Source: Candidatus Cybelea sp. (GTDB lineage Bacteria; Pseudomonadota; Alphaproteobacteria; Dongiales; Dongiaceae). From it: 64,000 nucleotides of DNA. How positions within the stretch are numbered: position 1 is the first letter of the stretch; each line of letters opens with the position of its first letter. The stretch lies in assembly GCA_035542015.1 (NCBI GenBank), contig DATKMF010000136.1, positions 89 to 64,088 of the forward strand, given 5' to 3'. This document shows positions 57,561 to 64,000 of this stretch, piece by piece. The notes beneath the pieces are model-generated. The model made no database searches. It saw nothing but the letters and a program-made list of their open reading frames with translations, and was not told the origin of the DNA. The position numbers were made by a program, and so were the translations under genes.

Positions 57561-59276
57561 TTACCTCGCGACCGCGCTCTCGAGCGTGTCGAACATGTTC
57601 TGCACCACGGTCAGCAGTCGCGCCGAGGCGGCGTAGGCGTTCTGCACGATCTGCAGGTTGGCGATCTCCTCGTCGAGATTGACGCCGGTGTCCGCCTGGT
57701 AACGCTGCGTCGACATGTTGAGCGTATCGGTGTTGAACTGCGCCTGGTCGCTCACCTGCTTCGCTCCGGAGATCGAGTTGCCGACCACCCCGGTCATCAG
57801 GCCGGAATAGGAGACGCCGGTGAGCGCGATGCCCGAAGCCATGAGGTTGCGATCGGTCGAGGTCAGCGCGTTGACCACGTCGGAGGCGGCGTTCTTCTTC
57901 AGCTGCAGCGAGCCATCGAGCAGCGACTGATTGATCTGGAAGTCGTAGCGGTTGGTCCCCGCGAAGAGGTCGCTGGCAAGCTCCGGCACCTGGTTGTTGA
58001 CCGAGGTCTGCACCGTGAACGGCTGATTGACGGTGCCGCCGACCAGCTGCAGCGAAGCAGTCCCGGCGATCGCGGTGACGCCGACGGTCGTGTCGGCATT
58101 GATCTGGTTGGCGAGCTGGGCCGCGATCTGGTCGAGGCTCTTGTCGTTGTCGGTCGCGGTGTAGCTGTAGTTCTTGCCGTTGACCGTCACCGCGAAAACG
58201 TCGCCGGTCTGCAGCGATCCGGTCAGGCTCACGGTGGTGAATTGCGACGAGGAAGCGCTGGACTTCACCGTGGTCAGATAGGAGGCGGAGACGCGCTGGC
58301 TGCCGGAAGACGCGTTGTACGCGGCGGCGAGGGTCGGGGGCGTGCCCGTCGTCCCGGTCAGGGCCGAGACGATCATGTCGAGCTGCGAGCGCAGCTTCTG
58401 AATGACGCTGGTCGCCGGATCGGTGCTGACCGGCTTGCCGCTGCTCGTCGTGTCGAGCCGGAAATCCAGCAGCGCGTGGATCCGCCCGCCGGAGAGCTGG
58501 CTGTTGATGACCGTCCCGTCATCCACCTTGGTGACGTTGGTGCCGTCATAGGTGAAGAGGCTGGGCGGGCCGTCCAGCAGCTGCAGGCCGGAGGCGGTGA
58601 AGAGCGAGACCGAGCCGTCGTCCTTCTCGATTGTGCGCACATCGACGAACTGCGCGATCTGCTTCACCAGGTTGTCGCGTTGATCGGCGAGATCGGCAGC
58701 GCCGGCACTGTTGGCGGTCGTGGTCTTCAGCTGCAGATTGACCTGGAACAGCTGCTTCAGGAGGTCATTCAGCTTGACCACCGACTGCGTGACGTCGGTC
58801 CTGACGTCGTTGTCGATCTGATCGACGCCGGCGGCGACCCGCTGCACCTCCTGGCCGACCTCCTGGCCGGCCCCGATCACCGACTGCTGGGCGGCCGATG
58901 AATCCGGCTCGGACTGGAAGTCCTGCCAGGCGCTGACGAAGTTGTTCATCAGCGTGGTCAGCGCCGACTTGTCGGCGCTGGTGCCGAGCAAATCCTGGAC
59001 CCGCGACAGGTACTCGTTGGAGGCATCGGTGGCGCCCGCATCTGCGGTCTGCGCCACGACCTGCTTCTGCAGCGAGACCGAGACGGCGTTCTGATAACCC
59101 GAGATCATCACGCCGCCGACCTGGCCTTCGCCGAAGGTGATCGACTCGGTGGTCAGGGTCTTGCGCGTGTAGTTGGGGTCGTTGGCGTGCGCGATATTGG
59201 CCGAGACCAGCTGCACCTGCGCCTGGTTGACGCGGAGCGCCGAGACGGCCGAGTTGAGCGCGGCGGTGAGCGACAT
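57561..59276 (-). CDS. flgK: Hook-associated protein FlgK
   Basis: SANIA.AN.P.YTRK, DQRD, GVNLDEE.ANL...QNAY.ASAR. Confidence 0.93.
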   Translation of the reverse strand: MSLTAALNSAVSALRVNQAQVQLVSANIAHANDPNYTRKTLTTESITFGEGQVGGVMISGYQNAVSVSLQKQVVAQTADAGATDASNEYLSRVQDLLGTSADKSALTTLMNNFVSAWQDFQSEPDSSAAQQSVIGAGQEVGQEVQRVAAGVDQIDNDVRTDVTQSVVKLNDLLKQLFQVNLQLKTTTANSAGAADLADQRDNLVKQIAQFVDVRTIEKDDGSVSLFTASGLQLLDGPPSLFTYDGTNVTKVDDGTVINSQLSGGRIHALLDFRLDTTSSGKPVSTDPATSVIQKLRSQLDMIVSALTGTTGTPPTLAAAYNASSGSQRVSASYLTTVKSSASSSQFTTVSLTGSLQTGDVFAVTVNGKNYSYTATDNDKSLDQIAAQLANQINADTTVGVTAIAGTASLQLVGGTVNQPFTVQTSVNNQVPELASDLFAGTNRYDFQINQSLLDGSLQLKKNAASDVVNALTSTDRNLMASGIALTGVSYSGLMTGVVGNSISGAKQVSDQAQFNTDTLNMSTQRYQADTGVNLDEEIANLQIVQNAYAASARLLTVVQNMFDTLESAVAR

Positions 59277-59299
59277 GGCGGGCGCTCCTTAAGCCTCCG

Positions 59300-61555
59300 T
59301 TACCGCTTCATGTTGATGACGTCCTGCAGCATGTCGTCCGCCGTGGTGACGACCCGCGTGTTCGCCGAATAGGCGCGCTGCGTGACGATCATCTTCGAGA
59401 ACTCCTCGGCGATATCCACGTTGGAGCCTTCGACCGCGCTGCTGCGGATCGTGCCGGCGCCGCTCGCGCCTGCATTGGTGATGCGCGCGGTGCCGCTGTC
59501 GAAGGTCTCGGTGAAGGCCTGGCCGTTCTCGCGCTTCAAGGCCGTCGGGTCGTAGAACTGCGCCACCGGCACGCGGTCTACGATCGAGTTCTTGCCGTTG
59601 TCGTAGTTGAGCTCGACGTCGCCGTTCTGCAGGATCTGGATTCCGGTGAACAGGCCTTGCGGCAGTCCGTCCTGGCTCAGGCGCTGGATGTCGACCGCGG
59701 TGCCGGAGAACTGGGTCAAGCCGTCTGTCGTGTCGAAGTTGCCAAGATCGAGCACGACGGTCTGCGCGCCGGTTCCGTAGTCGACCTGGAAGGTGATCTG
59801 CGCCGGATCGCCGGCGTTCTGCGAGGTGGGCACGGTCGCGTCGCCCGAAGGGTTGTAGAGGTTGCTGATCGACGTGATCTCGCCGGCGGTCGCCGGTGTC
59901 GTGCCGAAGCGCAGGTCGATGAAGCCCGGCACGTTGCCGTTGGTCGCGGTGGTGGTTGCGGCGAACGGGGTGCCCGGCGTGCTCGCCGTCAGGATGATCT
60001 GGCTGCCGGCGACGCTCGCGGTCACGCCAAGCCCCGAAGCGGCGTTGATCTTGGCGGCGAAGCCGGTCGCGACATCGGCGAGGGTGGCCTCCGTGCCGTC
60101 ATTGACATAGCTGACGGTCGTGGTGCCGATGGTGAGGGTCCAGGTGTCACCGATCTCGCCCGGCCCGACCGTGCCGCCGAGCGTGAGCGTGTCCTGTTGC
60201 GCGACCGGCGCCACGTTGGCGGTGGTGGTCAGTTCGGAGGACGCGTTGCCGACGGTCACACCCGCCGTCACCGTGCCGCCGTTGTCGGCGGTCGTCAGCG
60301 TGCCGAGCGGCGTGTCGGTCTGGATGAGGATGTTGCTGGCATTGCTGGGATCGGCAACGGCGGTCACGCCGATCGCCGCGGTGTTGATCTGGTTGATGAG
60401 CGAGGTCCGGGCGGCCGCGATGGTCGAGGGGCCGGCCACGGTGAACGGATTGCCGTTGACGGTGATGCTGAGCGTGTCGGCGGCGAGCAGGGCCGAGGGG
60501 ATGTTCACGGTATCGACTTCGCCCGAGCCGCTGCCGCCGATCGTGCCGGCGAAGGGCGTGCCCGCCACGTCCGCGGTCACCGTCAAGGTGTTGGCGGCGA
60601 CGTTGCCCGCGGTAACGGCCGCCGACATGCCGGCATTGGCGTTGATCGCCGCGGCGAGTGCCGTCGCCAGCTGGTTGCCGGTATAGCCGCCGACCGGCGC
60701 CGTCACCGAGACCGTGTTGGAGCCGACCGTGTAGGTGAGAGTGCGTCCAGGCGGCAGGCCGGCTGCGGGCAGGGTCAGCGTGTCCTGCTGGGCGACGCCC
60801 GGCACGTTGGCCGTGGTCGTCGCGTCGGTGATGGTCTGGTCGTTGGTGCCGCTGATGTTGCCTGCGACCGGGGCGAGCGTGCTGTCGGCGGCGACGATGT
60901 TGAGGTTCCAGGTGTTGTCGGCGCGCTTGGTCCAGTTGAGCGTCACCGTGTGCGGGTTGCCGAGCGAATCGTAGATCTTGACGTTGGTCGGCGCGAGCGG
61001 AGGCGTCGGATTGACCACCGAGCTCGCCGGCAGGTTGCCGACGACCTCGATCTTCGAGGTCGCGGTCGGCGGCGTCGTCAATTGGGTGATCTTGATCGGC
61101 GCGAGGGATGCGGTGTCGGGCACGCCGGTCGTCTGGTCGACGGTCCAGCCGTTCAGGTAATAACCGCCGCCGTTCACGATGTAGCCGTCGCGGTTGACTT
61201 CGAAGTCGCCGGCGCGGGTGTAATAGGGGAGGGCGCTGAAGGTGGTCTGCGTCGCGGTCTGGTCGGTCGGCCGGCTCACCACGAAGAAGCCGTTGCCGCT
61301 GAGCGCGAGATTGGTGGCGCTCTGGGTCTGGTTGATGTTGCCCTGGAGCGCGTTGGCGTAGTAGGGCGAGGCGACCACGCCGCCGGGCAGGTTCAGGTTC
61401 TTGTTGGAGATGGTGATGAGGTCCGAGAACCTCGTATCCACCTTCTTGTAGCCGACGGTCTGCGAGTTGGCGATGTTGTCGGAGATGTTGCCGAGCGACT
61501 GCGATTGCGCGTTCAGCCCGCTCACGGCGGTGAACATGGCGCCGAGAATGCTCAT
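59300..61555 (-). CDS. flgE: Flagellar hook protein FlgE, enlarged (751 aa)
   Basis: AVSGL, ISDNIANSQTVGYK, YTRAGDF, IYDSLG, EGSNVDIAEEF..MIVTQRAYSAN. Confidence 0.95.
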   Translation of the reverse strand: MSILGAMFTAVSGLNAQSQSLGNISDNIANSQTVGYKKVDTRFSDLITISNKNLNLPGGVVASPYYANALQGNINQTQSATNLALSGNGFFVVSRPTDQTATQTTFSALPYYTRAGDFEVNRDGYIVNGGGYYLNGWTVDQTTGVPDTASLAPIKITQLTTPPTATSKIEVVGNLPASSVVNPTPPLAPTNVKIYDSLGNPHTVTLNWTKRADNTWNLNIVAADSTLAPVAGNISGTNDQTITDATTTANVPGVAQQDTLTLPAAGLPPGRTLTYTVGSNTVSVTAPVGGYTGNQLATALAAAINANAGMSAAVTAGNVAANTLTVTADVAGTPFAGTIGGSGSGEVDTVNIPSALLAADTLSITVNGNPFTVAGPSTIAAARTSLINQINTAAIGVTAVADPSNASNILIQTDTPLGTLTTADNGGTVTAGVTVGNASSELTTTANVAPVAQQDTLTLGGTVGPGEIGDTWTLTIGTTTVSYVNDGTEATLADVATGFAAKINAASGLGVTASVAGSQIILTASTPGTPFAATTTATNGNVPGFIDLRFGTTPATAGEITSISNLYNPSGDATVPTSQNAGDPAQITFQVDYGTGAQTVVLDLGNFDTTDGLTQFSGTAVDIQRLSQDGLPQGLFTGIQILQNGDVELNYDNGKNSIVDRVPVAQFYDPTALKRENGQAFTETFDSGTARITNAGASGAGTIRSSAVEGSNVDIAEEFSKMIVTQRAYSANTRVVTTADDMLQDVINMKR

Positions 61556-61601
61556 GGAGTGCCTCGCCTTGGTCAAAAACTCACGCGGTTGCGCGAGATA
61601 A

Positions 61602-61717
61602 TGCAAGCAACAGGCCAACCGCTTCCGGCCTCAATCGCGCTCTATTTCAAGGGCTTAGCGAGGCGCGCCGTGGGCGTACCTACCTTGCCGCGGGAACCCG
61701 CGGTAAGGATTGCCTAA
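61602..61717 (-). promoter_or_regulatory. Sigma54 promoter of flgE with IHF-like and ftr-like sites
   Basis: Minus strand TGGCCTGTTGCTTGCA (GG-N10-GC, 61602-61617); TTTCAAGGGCTTA (61645-61657) vs WATCAANNNNTTR; GGT-AAGGATT-GCC (61702-61714). Confidence 0.7.
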
Positions 61718-61764
61718 CCATTTTTGCAGTGTGGGAAGTGCCGGAAACGTGCGCCGCGACGGGC

Positions 61765-62736
61765 CTACGCCGCCGGCGTCGCGATCTCCGCGCGCACGGC
61801 GGCCGGAGATTTCAGCCGGCTCAGCTGATACTTCGCGATCGTTTCGAGGAACTGCTTTCGCGGTCCCTTGAGATGCAGCACGTATTTTCCGTCGAGCTGA
61901 TCGGCCGTGTATTTCTGCCCCGCTTCCATGGAGAAATTGAATCCATGGCACGGGAGATAGCGCAGGTCGGCCCCGAAGACCGCGCCCGCATCGATCTCGG
62001 AAGGAACGCCGAGCGGGCAGGTGAGCGCGTTCAGCGAGAGCTGCCCGCCCCGCCAGCGCCGCACGTCGCCGTAATGCGCGACGATCGGCGGATGGGAGAT
62101 CAGCCGGTCATAGGTGCCCAGATAGGCATCGAAGAAGCCGGCAACTTTCTCCCGCCGCGCGGAAGCGGCGAACATCACGCCCTCGTTGATCGGCATGAGG
62201 CCCGGATCGCCGCGATAAGTGACGGCAACGTCGAATGGGCATTGGAAGACCGGCTTCAAGCTCCGGTTGGCAAAGGCATCGCCATCGAGGAAGACGGTGT
62301 CGGCGTCGAAGGCGGAGGAGCGCGCATAGGCCGCCATCGCCCGCACGCGCTCGTACATCGGCGCCACCGGATCGACGTCCAGCGCCACCACGGCCAGCCG
62401 CGGATGGCGGAACTGGCGGCCGAACTCGGCCGAGGTTACCAGATAGACGTGTTCCTCGGTGCCGCGGCTCAAGGCTGCGATCAGGAAATGCTCGATAATG
62501 CGGTCATAGTCGAAGGCGCCTTGGTCCATGCGGATGTCGGCATAGGAGATGCGCGACGCCTCGGGAGGCACTGGGAAATGGTAGACGAAGATGTTGACCG
62601 GCGCTGCGCGGTTGCCGGCGATCCGCACCCGATCGAAGACGGCGCAATGCCGTTCGACGGCCGCCAGCGTCTGCGTACCGAGCTCTTGCGTCTGCTGGCC
62701 GCGCGCCTCGTCGATGATGGCCGAGATATCCGCCAA
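61765..62736 (-). CDS. Putative GT-A fold glycosyltransferase
   Basis: VFLDGD (DxD), INEGVMF, GGQLSLN, FN, VLHLKG..K; TTG start after GAGGAG. Confidence 0.65.
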   Translation of the reverse strand: MADISAIIDEARGQQTQELGTQTLAAVERHCAVFDRVRIAGNRAAPVNIFVYHFPVPPEASRISYADIRMDQGAFDYDRIIEHFLIAALSRGTEEHVYLVTSAEFGRQFRHPRLAVVALDVDPVAPMYERVRAMAAYARSSAFDADTVFLDGDAFANRSLKPVFQCPFDVAVTYRGDPGLMPINEGVMFAASARREKVAGFFDAYLGTYDRLISHPPIVAHYGDVRRWRGGQLSLNALTCPLGVPSEIDAGAVFGADLRYLPCHGFNFSMEAGQKYTADQLDGKYVLHLKGPRKQFLETIAKYQLSRLKSPAAVRAEIATPAA

Positions 62737-62761
62737 GTCTTTCTCCTCGCTCCGCGCGCGG

Positions 62762-64000
62762 TCAGATGCGGACCGTGCGCGCCGTGCTCCATTGGCCGAG
62801 CACGATGAAGGCCCAGGCCGCGTTGATGTTGGCGCCGGCGACCCGCGCCAGCTGGTCCAGTGCCCCGGGTCGCTCGCCGAAGAAGCGCGTGGCCGCCAGG
62901 CGCTCGCGCGCGAAGCCGAGCTCGCGGCCGATCGCCTCCGCATTGTTGATGAAGACCGAAGGCGGCATGCCGAAGCCGCGCTTCGGCAGCCTGGTCAGCT
63001 CCTCCGGCACATAGCGCTTCAGGATCGCGCGCAGCACGAGCTTCCCCGTTTCCTGCTGCCGGCAGAGCTTGGTCGCCAGGTGCCGGCTGGTGTCGAGTAG
63101 CCGCGGCTCGAAGAAGGGCGACCGCGTCTCCAGGCTGTGCCGCATGCTCATGCGGTCGACCTTCTGCAGGACGGCGCCGGGGAGATACGTGAAGAAATCG
63201 AACTGCCGGAGGGCCTGCACCGCCGAGCGGCCGGGATATTGGAACAGTGGGATGAAGCGCTCCAGCATGCGTTTGAAGGCGGCGAAGCCCTGGGGCAGCG
63301 CCTGCTGGACCGCGGCGCCGTCATAGACCGGCAGGAAATGTTTGAAGTAGAGATCGATCGCCTGGGCCGGCGCCTGGTGCAGCTCGCCCTTGATCTTGTC
63401 CGCATAGCCGAAATAGCGGGAGTAGCCGCAGAACAGCTCGTCGCCGCCGTCGCCGGAGATCGCGACCGTCACCGATTCCCGGGTGAACTGCGAGAGCAGA
63501 TAGGTCGGCACGCAGGAGCGGTCGCCATTGGGCTCGTCCTGCCAGGTTCCCACCTTGCGGCCGATCGCCTCGAAATCCGAGGCCGCGAACACGTATTCCC
63601 GATGCTCGGTGCCGAGCACCTGGGCGAACTTGCGCGCGTCCAGGTGCTCGCTCTTGTCGTCGCCCTCGAAGCCGATGGTGAAGCTCTTCACCGGCACTTT
63701 CAGCCGCTTGGTCAGCAGCGCCGCCGAGAGCGTCGAATCGATCCCGGCCGAGAGGAACACGCCGAGCGGCACGTCGCTGTTGAGCCGCCCCTTCAGCGCC
63801 AGCATCAGCTGCTGCTCGACCTCGTCGCAGAGCGAAGCGAAGCGCGCGTCGTCGGCGCCGGCATCCGGATCGAGCTCGTAGGTGAAGAAGCGCTTCAGGC
63901 TGGTGGAACCGTCCGCCTCTACCAGCATCAGCATGCCGGGCTCGAGCTTCTCGACGCCGGCATAGATGGTGGCCGGGGCGGGGACGTAGCGCAGCATGAG
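62762..64000 (-). CDS. asnB: AsnB-family glutamine-hydrolysing amidotransferase (5' part outside the window)
   Basis: SDVPLGVFLSAGIDS, DEP..D.S..PTY, SGDGGDELFCGY, KVDRMSM.HSLE.RSPF, PKRGF. Confidence 0.9.
   Translation of the reverse strand, partial: LMLRYVPAPATIYAGVEKLEPGMLMLVEADGSTSLKRFFTYELDPDAGADDARFASLCDEVEQQLMLALKGRLNSDVPLGVFLSAGIDSTLSAALLTKRLKVPVKSFTIGFEGDDKSEHLDARKFAQVLGTEHREYVFAASDFEAIGRKVGTWQDEPNGDRSCVPTYLLSQFTRESVTVAISGDGGDELFCGYSRYFGYADKIKGELHQAPAQAIDLYFKHFLPVYDGAAVQQALPQGFAAFKRMLERFIPLFQYPGRSAVQALRQFDFFTYLPGAVLQKVDRMSMRHSLETRSPFFEPRLLDTSRHLATKLCRQQETGKLVLRAILKRYVPEELTRLPKRGFGMPPSVFINNAEAIGRELGFARERLAATRFFGERPGALDQLARVAGANINAAWAFIVLGQWSTARTVRI

Overview
GC-rich alphaproteobacterial chromosome segment. 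Gene content and order suggest Rhodospirillales (inference). The left ~28 kb is mixed housekeeping and accessory DNA: a DUF559 nuclease framed by inverted palindromic repeats, a hybrid histidine kinase, ggt, YcbK/YcbB peptidoglycan enzymes, a hydantoinase-like gene, pyk, glycerate kinase, an MCP, gapR, prpE, a DEAD-box helicase and mobA. The right ~36 kb is a cell-cycle, chemotaxis and flagellar supercluster: chpT-cheA-W-Y-B-R; ctrA; fliI-fliJ; fliF-G-H-N-motA-flbD-flhA-flhF-flhG; sciP; flgE-K-L-fliK-flgD. It ends in a glycosyltransferase-like gene and a partial AsnB-type amidotransferase. The most unusual observations are: (1) CheA carries a truncated-haemoglobin-like domain in its P2 position, with the proximal His replaced by Leu; (2) one ~90-aa module is shared by FlgE (3 copies), FlgK (1) and FlgL (5); (3) the DUF559 gene has a REPtron-like layout, with a related solo repeat 13 kb away; (4) a Tat-exported papain-like pseudo-peptidase; (5) CtrA, DnaA, sigma54, IHF and ftr-like sites that extend the cell-cycle regulon to uncharacterised genes. 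All calls come from reading motifs by eye; no database searches were run.
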